This document shows positions 36,201 to 48,931 of a DNA stretch of 64,000 nucleotides, in pieces. Every line of letters begins with the position of its first letter. Position 1 is the stretch's first letter. A program made the position numbers and the translations under genes. This stretch comes from Eledone cirrhosa (taxonomy: Eukaryota), in the NCBI GenBank assembly GCA_964016885.1, contig OZ024759.1:7440001-7504000 (forward strand). The letters are read 5' to 3'. The notes beneath the pieces were generated by a model. It ran no database searches and had not been told where the DNA came from. It was given only the letters and a program-made list of their open reading frames with translations.

Positions 36201-38071
36201 GACATAGACAGTGTCTTTCACTAGAAATATGGTAATGAACGGGTTAATGACATAGACAGTGTCTTTCACTAGAAATATGGTAATGAAAGGGTTAATGACA
36301 TAGACAGTGTCTTTCACTAGAAATATGGTAATGAACGGGTTAATGACATAGACAGTGTCTTTCACTAGAAATATGGTAATGAACGGGTTAATGACATAGA
36401 CAGTGTCTTTCACTAGAAATATGGTAATGAAAGGGTTAATGACATAGACAGTGTCTTTCACTAGAAATATGGTAATGAAAGGGTTAATGACATAGACAGT
36501 GTCTTTCATTAGAAATATGGTAATGAACGGGTTAATGACATAGACAGTGTCTTTCACTAGAAATATGGTAATGAAAGGGTTAATGACATAGACAGTGTCT
36601 TTCATTAGAAATATGGTAATGAACGGGTTAATGACATAGACAGTGTCTTTCATTAGAAATATGGTAATGAACGGGTTAATGACATAGACAGTGTCTTTCA
36701 TTAGAAATATGGTAATGAACGGGTTAATGACATAGACAGTGTCTTTCATTAGAAATATGGTAATGAAAGGGTTAATGACATAGATAGTGTCTTTCATTAG
36801 AAATATGGTAATGAAAGAGTTAATGACATAGACAGTGTCTTTCATTAGAAATATGGTAATGGAAGGATTAATGACATAGACAGTGGCTTTCATTAGAAAT
36901 ATGGTAATGGAAGGATTAATGACATAGACAGTGGCTTTCATTAGAAATATGGTAATGGAAGGATTAATGACATAGACAGTGGCTTTCATTAGAAATATGG
37001 TAATGGAAGGGTTAATGACATAGACAGTGTCTTTCATTAGAAATATGGTAATGGAAGGATTAATGACATAGACAGTGGCTTTCATTAGAAATATGGTAAT
37101 GGAAGGGTTAATGACATAGACAGTGTCTTTCATTAGAAATATGGTAATGAAAGGGTTAATGACATAGACAGTGTCTTTCATTAGAAATATGGTAATGGAA
37201 GGATTAATGACATAGACAGTGGCTTTCATTAGAAATATGGTAATGGAAGGGTTAATGACATAGACAGTGTCTTTCATTAGAAATATGGTAATGAAAAGGT
37301 TAATGACATAGACAGTGTCTTTCATTAGAAATATGGTAATGAAAGGGTTAATGACATAGACAGTGTCTTTCATTAGAAATATAGTAATGAAAGGGTTAAT
37401 GACTTAGGTAGTGTCTTTCATTAGAAATATGTTAATGAAAAGGTTAATGACATAGATAGTGTCTTTCATTAGAAATATGGTAATGAAAGGGTTAATGACA
37501 TAGACAGTGTCTTTCATTAGAAATATGGTAATGGAAGGATTAATGACATAGACAGTGGCTTTCATTAGAAATATGGTAATGGAAGGGTTAATGACATAGA
37601 CAGTGGCTTTCATTAGAAATATGGTAATGAAAGGGTTAATGACATAGACAGTGTCTTTCATTAGAAATATGGTAATGAAAGGGTTAATGACATAGACAGT
37701 GTCTTTCATGAGATATATGGAAATGAAAGGGTTAATGACATAGACAGTGTCTTTCATTAGAAATATGGTAATGAAAGGGTTAATGACATAGACAGTGTCT
37801 TTCATTAGAAATATGGTAATGAAAGGGTTAATGACATAGACAGTGTCTTTCATTAGAAATATGGTAATGGAAGGGTTAATGACATAGGTAGTGTCTTTCA
37901 TTAGAAATATGGTAATGAAAGAGTTAATGACATAGACAGTGTCTTTCATGAGAAATATGGTAATGGAAGGGTTAATGACATAAATAGTGTCTTTCATTAG
38001 AAATATGGTAATGAAAGGGTTAATGACATAGACAGTGTCTTTCATTAGATATATGGAAATGAAAGGGTTAA
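33255..38071. repeat. 48-bp minisatellite (about 100 copies)
   Basis: GTAATGAAAGGGTTAATGACATAGACAGTGTCTTTCATTAGAAATATG, with an internal 9-bp inverted repeat. Confidence 0.98.
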
Positions 38072-38113
38072 AATGTTCTCCCTTCTTATCTCCGTATTCT
38101 TTCTGTTGTCCAG

Positions 38114-38193
38114 TGTCTGGTCAAATTTGTCTAAATTACTGAACATGGTCCAAGAACAGCCAGTAAACGGAGAATGTCTTGACCTCTCACAAT
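38114..38193 (+). CDS. SMG7: SMG7 coding exon (SVWSNLSKLLNMVQEQPVNGECLDLSQ)
   Basis: gtccag acceptor, gtaagt donor, phase 2-1. W..L..LLN motif. Confidence 0.9.
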
Positions 38194-38206
38194 GTAAGTC
38201 GTTTGA

Positions 38207-38255
<49 letters not shown>

Positions 38256-38316
38256 CCTCTCTCTCTCTCTCTCAGTCTGTCTATATCTGTCTATCTTTCT
38301 CTCTTTGTATTTCCAG

Positions 38317-38383
38317 ATTTTGATGTCCCCCTACCTGAAGATTACGATCTAAGATGTTTTCAACCCATTGAAAAAGCACACAG
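38317..38383 (+). CDS. SMG7: SMG7 coding exon (YFDVPLPEDYDLRCFQPIEKAH)
   Basis: ttccag acceptor, gtgagt donor, phase 1-2. PLPED..L..F.P motif. Confidence 0.92.
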
Positions 38384-38480
38384 GTGAGTCTCTCTCTCTT
38401 GTCTTTCTCTCTCTCTCTCTCTCTCTCCCTCTCTCTCACCATCTCACCCTCTCTCACCGTCTCTCTCTCTCTCTCTCCAG

Positions 38481-38585
38481 TAATTACAGTTTTGACACAG
38501 AAACAGTTCCAACCGAGATTGAAATCCAATTGAGAGCTTTACGGTTGATAAATCATGGAAAATGGATTGTTGAGAAATGTTCAGA
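38481..38585 (+). CDS. SMG7: SMG7 coding exon (SNYSFDTETVPTEIEIQLRALRLINHGKWIVEKCS)
   Basis: (ct)n-ccag acceptor, gttagt donor, phase 2-2. R..RLI..GKWI motif. Confidence 0.9.
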
Positions 38586-38619
38586 GTTAGTTCCCTTGTT
38601 TTACTTATTTACACTTTTG

Positions 38620-39765
38620 ATGTGTGTTGTGTGTTGTGTGGTGTGTTGTGTGGTGTTGTGTAGTGTGTGGTGTGTTGTGTGTAGTGTGTTTTGTGTTGTG
38701 TGGTGTGTGTTGTGTGTGGTGTGTTGTGTGGTGTGTTGTGTTGTGTTGTGTGGTGTGTGTGGTGTGTGTGGTGTGTAGTGTGTGGTGTGTATATTGTGTG
38801 GTGTGTGGTGTGTGTTGTGTTGTGTGGTGTGTGTTGTGATGTGTGGTGTGTGTGGTGTGTTGTGTGTATATTGTGTGGTGTGGTGTGTGTTGTGTTGTGT
38901 GGTGTGTGTGGTGTGTTGTGTGTATATTGTGTGGTGTGGTGTGTGTTGTGTGTGGTGTGTTGTGTATTGTGTAGTGTGTGTATGTTGTGTGGTGTGTGTA
39001 TATTGTGTGGTGTGTTGCATGGTGTGTTGTGTAGTGTGGTGTGTGATGTGTGGTGTGTAGTGTGTGTGTGGTGTGTGTACTGTGTCTGCGGTGTGTGTAT
39101 TGTGTCTGTGGTGTGTGTATTGTGTGTGTGTGGTGTGTGTGTGTGGTGTGTGTGTGTATTGTATGTGGTGTGATGTGTGTGTGTATTGTCTGTGGTGTGT
39201 GTGTGATGTGTGTGTGTATTGTGTGTGTGTGTGGTGTGTGTGTATTGTGTGTGGTGTGATGTGTGTAGTGTGTGGTGTGTGTGTGTGTGTGGTGTGTGTA
39301 TTGTGTGGTGTGTGTGTATTGTGTGTGGTGTGATGTGTGTAGTGTGTGGTGTGTGTGTGTGTGTGGTGTGTGTATTGTGTGGTGTGTGTGTATTGTGTGT
39401 GGTGTGATGTGTGTAGTGTGTGGTGTGTGTGTGTGTGGTGTGTGTATTGTGTGGTGTGTGTGTATTGTGTGTGGTGTGATGTGTGTAGTGTGTGGTGTGT
39501 GTGTGTGTGGTGTGTGTATTGTGTGGTGTGTGTGTATTGTGTGTGGTGTGATGTGTGTAGTGTGTGGTGTGTGTGTGTGTGGTGTGTGTATTGTGTGGTG
39601 TGTGTGTATTGTGTGTGGTGTGATGTGTGTAGTGTGTGGTGTGTGTGTGTGGTGTGTGTATTGTGTGGTGTGTGTGTATTGTGTGTGGTGTGATGTGTGT
39701 AGTGTGTGGTGTGTGTGTGTGTGGTGTGTGTATTGTGTGGTGTGTGTGTATTGTGTGTGGTGTGT
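38620..39765. repeat. GT-rich compound microsatellite
   Basis: (GT)n/GTG/TTG mosaic with about 72-bp periodicity at the right end. Confidence 0.95.
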
Positions 39766-40410
39766 TCCATACTCACCACCTCCACCATCTCCACTTCCAT
39801 ACTCACCATACTCACCATCTCCACCACCACCTCCACCATACTCACCACCACCACCTCCACCATCTCCACCATACCCACCATCTCCACCACCTCCACCTCC
39901 ACCATACTCACCACCTCCACCACCACCACCACATCCTCCACCACCTCCACCATCTCCACCACCTCCACCATACCCACCACCTCCACCACCTCCACCATAC
40001 CCACCATCTCCACCACCTCCACCTCCACCATACTCACCATCTCCACCATACCCACCACCTCCACCATACCCACCACCTCCACCACCTCCACCATCTCCAC
40101 CACCTCCACCATCTCCACCATACCCACCATCTCCACCACCTCCACCATACCCACCACCTCCACCACCTCCACCATCTCCACCATACCCACCATCTCCACC
40201 AGCTCCATACTCACCATCTCCACCACCTCCACCATCTCCACCATACCCAACATACCCACCACCTCCACCATACCCACCACCTCCACCACCTCTACCTCCA
40301 CCATCTCCACCACCTCCACCATACCCACCACCTCCACCACCTCTACCTCCACCACCTCTACCTCCACCACCTCTACCTCCAACACCTCCACCATACTCAC
40401 CATCTCCATC
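39766..40410. repeat. CCA-rich 9-bp-based repeat
   Basis: CCACCACCT/CCACCATCT/CCACCATAC mosaic. Confidence 0.95.
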
Positions 40411-40426
40411 TCTCTTCCATATCAAG

Positions 40427-40563
40427 TCTGCGACTGTTATCAATGCAAGTGAACAAATCTGGTCGACTTCACTTCCAGTTCCCTGGAGGTCAACAACCAG
40501 TCACAACATACCGGACAATACCTGCCTCCTACATTAACACGGCTGACGGTAAGGAAAATAAAG
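40427..40563 (+). CDS. SMG7: SMG7 coding exon (DLRLLSMQVNKSGRLHFQFPGG...TADGKENK); alternative donor after 40548
   Basis: atcaag acceptor, AAG|gtaagt donor, phase 2-1 keeps the frame. Loosely similar to RLIQCENEVGKLLF. Confidence 0.78.
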
Positions 40564-42617
40564 GTAAGTCATCTTGGCTACATGTTATATTGTGTGCTGT
40601 GTAAGTCATGTTGGCTACATGTTATACTGTGTGGTAAGGTGAGTCATGTTGGCTACATGTTATACTTTGTGGTGTGTAAGTCATGTTGGCTACTTGTTAT
40701 ACTGTGTGCTGTGTAAGTCATGTTGGCTACATGTTATATTGTGTGCTGTGTAAGTCATGTTGGCTACTTGTTATACTGTGTGGTGTGTAAGTCATGTTGG
40801 CTACTTGTTATACTGTGTGGTGTGTAAGTCATGTTGGCTACTTGTTATACTGTGTGGTGTGTAAGTCATGTTGGCTACTTGTTATACTGTGTGGTGTGTA
40901 AGTCATGTTGGCTACATGTTATACTGTGTGCTGTGTAAGTCATGTTGGCTACTTGTTATACTGTGTGGTGTGTAAGTCATGTTGGCTACTTGTTATACTG
41001 TGTGGTGTGTAAGTCATGTTGGCTACTTGTTATAGTGTGTGGTGTGTAAGTCATGTTGGCTACATGTTATATTGTGTGGTGTGTAAGTCATGTTGGCTAC
41101 TTGTTATACTGTGTGGTGTGTAAGTCATGTTGGCTACATGTTATAGTGTGTGGTGTGTAAGTCATGTTGGCTACTTGTTATACTGTGTGGTGTGTAAGTT
41201 ATGTTGGCTACATGTTATTGTGTGGTGTGTAAGTCATGTTGGCTACTTGTTATACTGTGTGGTGTGTAAGTCATGTTGGCTACATGTTATATTGTGTGGT
41301 GTGTAAGTCATGTTGGCTACTTGTTATACTGTGTGGTGTGTAAGTTATGTTGGCTACATGTTATTGTGTGGTGTGTAAGTCATGTTGGCTACTTGTTATA
41401 CTGTGTGGTGTGTAAGTCATGTTGGCTACATGTTATATTGTGTGGTGTGTAAGTCATGTTGGCTACATGTTATATTGTATGGTGTGTAAGTTATGTTGGC
41501 TTCATGTTATAGTGTGTGGTGTGTAAGTCATGTTGGCTACTTGTTATACTGTGTGGTGTGTAAGTCATGTTGGCTACATGTTATACTGTTTGGTGTGTAA
41601 GTCATGTTGGCTACTTGTTATACTGTGTGGTGTGTAAGTCATGTTGGCTACATGTTATACTGTGTGCTGTGTAAGTCATGTTGGCTACATGTTATATTGT
41701 GTGGTGTGTAAGTCATGTTGGCTACATGTTATATTGTATGGTGTGTAAGTCATGTTGGCTATATGTTATATTGTGTGGTGTGTAAGTCATGTTGGCTACA
41801 TGTTATATTGTATGGTGTGTAAGTCATGTTGGCTATATGTTATATTGTGTGGTGTGTAAGTCATGTTGGCTACATGTTATACTGTGTGGTGTGTAAGTCA
41901 TGTTGGCTACTTGTTATATTGTGTGGTGTGTAAGTCATGTTGGCTACATGTTATATTGTGTGGTGTGTAAGTCATGTTGGCTACATGTTATATTGTGTGG
42001 TGTGTAAGTCATGTTGGCTACATGTTATATTGTGTGGTGTGTAAGTCATGTTGGCTACTTGTTATATTGTGTGGTGTGTAAGTCATGTTGGCCACATGTT
42101 ATATTGTGTGGTGTGTAAGTCATGTTGGCTACTTGTTATATTGTGTGGTGTGTAAGTCATGTTGGCTACATGTTATATTGTGTGGTAAGGTGAGTCATGT
42201 TGGCTGCTTGTTATACTGTGTGGTGTGTAAGTCATGTTGGCTACATGTTATATTGTGTGGTGTGTAAGTCATGTTGGCTACATGTTATATTGTGTGGTGT
42301 GTAAGTCATGATGGCTACATGATATATTGTGTGGTGTGTAAGTCATGTTGGCTACATGTTATATTGTGTGGTGTGTAAGTCATGTTGGCTACATGTTATA
42401 TTGTGTGGTGTGTAAGTCATGTTGGCTACATGTTATATTGTGTGGTGTGTAAGTCATGTTGGCTACATGTTATATTGTGTGGTGTAAGTCATGTTGACTA
42501 CATGTTATATTGTGTGATAAGGTGAGTCATGTTGGCTACATGTTATATTGTGTGCTGTGTAAGTCATGTTGCCTACATGTTATATTGTGTGGTAAGGTGA
42601 GTCATGTTGGCTACATG
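40564..42617. repeat. 37-bp minisatellite (about 55 copies) starting at the splice donor
   Basis: GTAAGTCATGTTGGCTACATGTTATATTGTGTGGTGT. Confidence 0.97.
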
Positions 42618-42642
42618 ATAATACCAATATTCCTCTCTTCAG

Positions 42643-42701
42643 GTGATATCGGCCATTGTAATGTTGACAAGCAAACAAGTAGACAGAATGTGGCCATACA
42701 G
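42643..42701 (+). CDS. SMG7: SMG7 coding exon ([20 protein letters not shown])
   Basis: ctcttcag acceptor, CAG|gtaaat donor, phase 1-0 fits the neighbouring exons. Confidence 0.8.
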
Positions 42702-42806
42702 GTAAATATAACAATATTTTACTATGTACACACACAACTTAAAAAGCTTCCCTCAGAAACCACACCCGGGCGGAGCAACCAATCGTTACATATATACATA
42801 TACATA

Positions 42807-42869
<63 letters not shown>

Positions 42870-42877
42870 TTATATAC

Positions 42878-42920
<43 letters not shown>

Positions 42921-43135
42921 CTTATATACATATACATATATATATATATATATAATTTCGTTTTCAAATATAAAAACTGTGGGTGGAGAAGTAATATTAG
43001 CTCAAAATAAGGTAATCTATTATAATAAACTCTACATCAGGCTACGTATCATACTTCCTTAAAACATTTTTCAAACAAACATGTGTACAAAATCCTAATG
43101 TGTTAAAAATAATTACACGTGGAGAAAATTATTCA

Positions 43136-43363
43136 TTAACCCTTTAGCATTCACATTATTTTATATATACTATTATATGTTCATGGTAAAGGTTTTACCT
43201 CGCATAATTATCTCACATAATATCGAATCTATGAGATTTTGAATGTATTTATTTTGAGAACAATACCTTAACATCAGTTTGAGTGACCAGTTACAGTCAG
43301 TTTCAACAGAAAGAGGTAGAAAATTCTGGCTGGTTTTGGCCGGTTTGAACATTAAAGGGTTAA
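43136..43363. mobile_element. piggyBac-like MITE
   Basis: TTAA-CCCTTTA...TAAAGGG-TTAA termini (TTAA target duplication). Confidence 0.75.
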
Positions 43364-43865
43364 AGTATTACCAAAGACAGTTTCACACCAAATATCGATT
43401 TAAAATTGTTTCGTCCTCATTAGAACTTATCAAAATCAATCATTTTATGAACAATTACCTCAACATATTCATTTCCTTGAACATACCAAAAAATCACGGC
43501 AAAACTGTTTTACTTTATTTAAGCAGCCCTTTCCCAGCAACCTAGATGAAGATTCTGTTAAGGGTGAAAGCAGCGATTCTTTGCTTAAACTTTAATCTGT
43601 TATTTTAATAAATATTTGCTCTACCGTTCTTATATATTTGATATATATTTATCCTTATCGAACCCTCTTTAGATTTTAGTCTTCAAATTTATTATTATTA
43701 CTATATATATATATAATAAGGAGTTGACGGACCCAGCATATTTATCAATGCCAGTATATAAAGCGTGAAACTAATAAGAATTTGTATCTCTGTTTTGTCG
43801 TTTCCTTGAACCATATATATATATATATATATTGGAAAATGTGTGTAATCCTTGGTACAGTTAGG

Positions 43866-44185
43866 TATATTAAGACAGAGGGGGAAGAAAAAATGGCTTC
43901 ACTTGTGCTTTCAACAAATTTATTTTCTTCACAAAATCCCCAAAAAATTTTTCTTAAGAAAAATTATTTTATAAATTAAGTTGTTGGTTGTTGGTTAGGT
44001 CTTAGGAGTTCTTGGTTAACGTAGGAGGTATTGTTTCGTTTTTAGAAATACCTTTCACGCTGAGGTGCGCTTGTCAAACTGATGTGTATTTTTCTTAAGA
44101 AAAATTCTTTTTGGATTTTGTGAAGAAAATAAATTTGTTGAAAGCACAAGTGAAGCCATTTTTTCTTCCCCCCTGTCTTAATATA
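43866..44185. mobile_element. Fold-back element/MITE with about 97-bp inverted arms
   Basis: 43866-43962 is the near-perfect reverse complement of 44089-44185. TA-flanked. Confidence 0.75.
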
Positions 44186-44309
44186 TATATATATGTATAG
44201 AAAGATTTGAATGGATACAGTTTAGTTGAAAGGAATTTATTGACACGTGTTTCTATAACAACACAATTTATTGACACGTGTTTATATTACAACACAACGG
44301 AAAATACTG

Positions 44310-44341
<32 letters not shown>

Positions 44342-44469
44342 TGGATTCTCTTGTCATATATCGATGTATGACAGTTAAATATATATATTCACATGTATGT
44401 GTATATATATACACCCCCACACGTGTATGTATGTATATATAAATATGTTTTTATTTCCTTCTACTTCAG

Positions 44470-44547
44470 GCAATTATCCAGAAACAGAACCAAATCACTG
44501 ACAAAATTTCACCTGACAAAGAAATAAAAAACTTGAATAAACAATTG
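44470..44547 (+). CDS. SMG7: SMG7 coding exon (AIIQKQNQITDKISPDKEIKNLNKQL)
   Basis: cttcag acceptor, gtaaat donor, 78 nt, phase 0-0, open frame. Confidence 0.78.
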
Positions 44548-44565
44548 GTAAATATATTTATATAT

Positions 44566-44597
<32 letters not shown>

Positions 44598-44599
<2 letters not shown>

Positions 44600-44922
44600 T
44601 AGTGGTTAGAGCATTGGCCTTGCAATCGAAAGGTTGTGAGTTCAATTCTCAGACCAGGTGTGTGTTGTTTCCTTGAACAAGACACTTTATTTCACATTGC
44701 TCCAGTTTACTCAGCTGTAGAAATGAGATGATAGGGACTGGGGTCCCTATTATTCCACTACAAAGTGGTCGTGGAGGTGCCACGGCAAAAAAGCACCCAG
44801 CACTCACTGTAAATGAGGTTGGTGTTAGGAAGGGCATCCAGCTGTAGAAATCAAGCCAGAATCAGTTCCCGTCCCACCCTTGCAAGCAGGGTAAAGTGGA
44901 CGTAAAATGAAATGATGATGAA
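44598..44922 (+). mobile_element. SINE-B
   Basis: Same family as 5392-5735. A partial copy also lies at 45398-45590, and an RTE family-1 tail (-) at 45209-45295. Confidence 0.85.
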
Positions 44923-45180
44923 ATAGTAAATCAATGAAATTAAACAAAAAACGGTTAATTCATAGTACAACTCATTATTTAAATAATGAGTTTTACTATG
45001 AATTAACCGTGTTTTGTTTAATTTCATTGTTTTCCTAATGTATTTTTGACTCTGTATCCAATGAATTATATCTTTGAAAATTTTGTATTTTAAACTTTGC
45101 TTCACGACATCTTCTACATACAGATTACATTGAGTTCTTCATATGGCTTAGACCCTACCATTAATTGGTGGATTTATCTG

Positions 45181-45211
<31 letters not shown>

Positions 45212-45643
45212 CATCATCATCATTTTACGTCCTCTTTTCCCTGCTTGCAAGGGTGGGACGGGTCCTATTCAGCACAGCATTTCTCCACTTGTCACACACA
45301 TATACACACATATATATATATATATATACACACACACATATATACACACCCACATACATACACAAATATGTACATATATACATGCATACACATATATGTA
45401 CTGGGGTCTCTATCATTCCACTGCAAAGTGGCCGTGGAGGCGCCATGGCAAAAAAGCAGCCAGCACTCACTGTAAATGAGGTTGGTGTTAGGAAGGGCAT
45501 CCAGCTGTAGAAATCAAGCCAGAATCAGTTCCCGTCCCACCCTTGCAAGCAGGGAAAAGGGGACGTAAAATGATGTTGATGATGATGATACATGATTTAA
45601 CATGTTTAATGGCGTTTCTTTTATTTTCTCTCTTTAATTTCAG

Positions 45644-46957
45644 ATGAAGATTCCAACTGATAACCAGAGTAAAGTGTGTAATATAAACCCTCACCGGTAC
45701 TTGCTTGGTGTTCCGACAACTGACCCCCAGTTCATGAAACCTGGGGGTAACCGACCAGTGTCAATTGCTCCGACACCGCAGTCAGTGAGCAAGGCCAACA
45801 TTGTATCCCATCAGACAGCTCCATCTCCCCTCCCTCTTGATCTCCTGCCTCCTTCGCCAACCCCAAACAACACCAACCAGTTCTCGTCATCCCTTCAGTT
45901 CCGAGGCCCCAGTCCGTCATTTTCTTCCCACATTGCCCTGTCTTCGGCCAACGTTCGGCAGCAACAACTGCAGCAGCAACAGCAGCTGCAGCAACAACAG
46001 CAACAATTGCATGCTCAGCAGGCTCCACAGCAACCATACCCTTCCGTTAACCAGACTCAGTTTCCCAGAAGGGGCCCTTTCCTTCCGCACCAACCCAGCC
46101 AGCCTCCCCAAATGCAAGGAGGAATTAATGAGCGTTATCCTGGCACCAACAGTCACCTGAACCGGCTCGCCCTTGGTGCCACCGGACATTTACCTGGACA
46201 GTCACAGCCTCCGGATAACTCCCCGTACTCCAGTGCCACCGCAGTCAACTCGGCTGCTCCAAACCCTTATTCAACCGCAGGCATAGTGAGGGCTCCCCAG
46301 CCCGGTGGTGCCCCACCTCCTCCGCCACCACTCCCTTCCACAGTCCAGTCGAACCCTGGGGTTACCGGTCAGGTCCCACCCCCGACCCAGGTTCCAACAC
46401 TGGCACAGAACTTCCCTTCAACTCAGTCATTCTTGCCGCCATCCAAGTTCCCTGCTGTGGTCTCCTCTGCTCAGTCTGGCAGTGGTGGAGGGGGACCCCT
46501 CACCAATCACCAGTTCCTCAATTTTACCAGCCAACCCTCTCCCCCTGGGCCCCCCGCTCCTCACTACCCTCAGGCTTTCGGTCCTTCAGCCGGAGAAGCC
46601 CTCAAAGGACAGAAGGCGTCTGGCAGCATGCAGTGCCAGAAGTCGACACCATCGCCCATCGGGGGCCTGTTGAGTGGCAGCCCACAAAACCCATCTCCAC
46701 AGCAGCAGCAGCAGCAGCAACAACAGCAGCAGACAGCAGCAGCAACATCATCAGCAGCAGCACAGAGCCAGGTACACCCAGATACTCTGAATAAGTCGTT
46801 GCTGAACTCATTGTCACAAAGTTTTGCCCTGTCCCTGGCTGAGGGCTGTTCTCCCACTGAGGATATGGAACACAGCGAACTTCAACAGCAATGTGAAGAC
46901 TTCACTACCGACCCTTCTGATATATTGGGAGGTTTCTCTCACCTTGTTGCTATTCAG
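45644..46957 (+). CDS. SMG7: SMG7 large Pro/Gln/Ser-rich low-complexity exon (438 codons, two polyQ tracts)
   Basis: tttcag|ATG...CAG|gtcagt. A 1314-nt GC-rich open frame, phase 0-0, corresponding to the disordered proline-rich C-terminal half. Confidence 0.88.
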
Positions 46958-47310
46958 GTCAGTCTTAATTATCAATCTCTCTCTCTTTCCCTACTCTCTC
47001 TCTCTCCCTACTCTCTCTCTCTCTCCTCTTTCTCTCTCCCTTCTCTCTCTCCTCTTTCTCTCTCCCTTCTCTCTCTCCTCTCTCCCTACCCCCTTCCCTC
47101 TCTCTCTTCTCTTCTATTCCTCTCTCCTGTTATTATAATAGTTTAACACACCTGTTTTATATGTCTATACTAAACGAGGATAACAACCAAGGTATTTACC
47201 AGGTGTAATTCCTCCCAACGAGAGACTACCAGACTCTGTACACACAGTTCACTTCAGTTCTTATTTATAGAGTTTCACCTAGTCCACTTTGAGTGTTGTG
47301 GGGGTATTCA

Positions 47311-47341
<31 letters not shown>

Positions 47342-47721
47342 CACACACACAACACTTGTGAAGGTGTGTGGTTTAGTTGTTAGGGTATTGGATTCTTGGG
47401 CTGGGCAACACATTAGGTCCTTGATCAAGACACTTTATTTCACTTTACTCCAGTCAACCACAAAAAATAAGTTGCAATGTCACTGGTGCCTAGTTGTGTC
47501 AGCCTTGGCCTTTCCTTTGGACAACATTATATACAGCGTGTTATATATTGAATATACAGGGGTTACGTGCCATTTCAACAGTTATATCTAGCTGCTAAAA
47601 CAGCAGTAGCTCAACTGTCAGGGTCCTGAATCCTTCATATATATATATACATACAAACATACACATACATGTAAAGCATCAATTGACTATGAATTATTTC
47701 TGTGTATTTTCTCAATTGTAG

Positions 47722-47784
47722 CCACCAAAACCCAGCCAACTTGACTTTCTGGCTTCTTCAAAACCTTTTCAAGGACATGCTGAA
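47722..47784 (+). CDS. SMG7: SMG7 coding exon (PPKPSQLDFLASSKPFQGHAE)
   Basis: ttgtag acceptor, gtaagt donor, 63 nt, phase 0-0. Confidence 0.72.
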
Positions 47785-48204
47785 GTAAGTTGAAATTCTC
47801 TTAACATTTATGTTTGATATCTAAACATTTTCCTATAAAACAGCCTGAAACAGGCTGTAATTTTATGATACAAAACTCTGTGTTTTAGAATGTTTATATA
47901 AATATAAACAAAAAGTATAAGTCAACAGGTTGAAATTAACTTTGTTTATTCATATTCGCTGTTATATATATTTTGGTGATAACCGAATGCATAATGATGC
48001 AACAACTATGACCTCATCAGACAGCTAGAACTTAAACAGAAAAACAGAAGTTAATTTTAACCTGTTGACTTAGATTTCTTCTTTTTAAATTACTCTGGAT
48101 TAAACAGACCCACCTGTTCACTTTCTTTGTTGAGTGTTCTACCTTGCATACTGAAGTATCGGTAATTAACAAACACATACTCGAATTAATATATATATAT
48201 ATAT

Positions 48205-48930
48205 GGTCACGTGATGCGCATGAAAGTCGAGAGCTGTATAAAAAGTGCAGGGCAATCAAAATTGATGGAAGTTATGGAGTAGGTAGACCCAGAAAAACCT
48301 GGGACGATTTGGTAAATTCCGACCTTACACACTTACACATCTCTAAGACAATGTCACTGGACCGAGATCTTTGGCACCACACAGTAATACAGAAGACCCA
48401 CCTTGCCTATCTACAAAGCGAAACCTACAGTCAGTAGGCACCTGTTAACCCTATATACACCCCAACCCACTACACCAACTCCCCCACCCCCATCCCACCA
48501 ACACCACCCTCTCTCTGTAAAGTTGGTACTACAACATCCAGTCCAAATTAATGAGATCGAGATCGTGTAGGTGTCAAAACAAAAAAAAAACCCAGTCGAC
48601 TCTGTAAAATGGTCATGTAGGAGACGCAGTAAAAAGGCTCCCAGCCCACACTGTAAAATGGTCATGTAGGAGACATAGTAAAAAGGCTCCCAGTCCACAC
48701 TGTAAAATGGTCGTGTAGGAGACACGGTAAAACAGCTCCCAGTCCACTCTGTAAAATGGTCATGTAGGAGACACAGTAAAAAGGCTCCCAGTCCACACTG
48801 TAAAATGGTCATGTAGGAGACACAGTAAAAAGGCTCCCAGTCCACACTGTAAAATGGTCATGTAGGAGACACAGTAAAAAGGCTCCCAGTCCACACTGTA
48901 AAATGGTCATGTAGGAGACACAGTAAAACA
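48205..48930 (+). mobile_element. RTE family 2b 3' end with a 49-bp UTR segment amplified about 7 times
   Basis: YGHVMRMK..GVGRPRKTWDD..DRDLW motif. Repeat at 48602-48930. Confidence 0.85.
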
Positions 48931-48931
48931 G

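Noticed and set aside
33173-38045. 984-aa and related MKDTVYVINPFITIFL-repeat ORFs
   Set aside because: The 48-bp unit is a multiple of 3 and is interrupted by frameshifts and stops. There is no non-repeat coding context.
38601-40537. Extensin-like (SPPPPY), Gly-rich, His-rich or mucin-like protein
   Set aside because: A 9-bp-based CCA repeat open in all frames, flanked by SMG7 exons with matching phase. Only 40427-40563 is supported as coding.
22333-42617. CRISPR-like arrays
   Set aside because: Units are directly adjacent with no unique spacers, there are no cas genes, and the context is eukaryotic.
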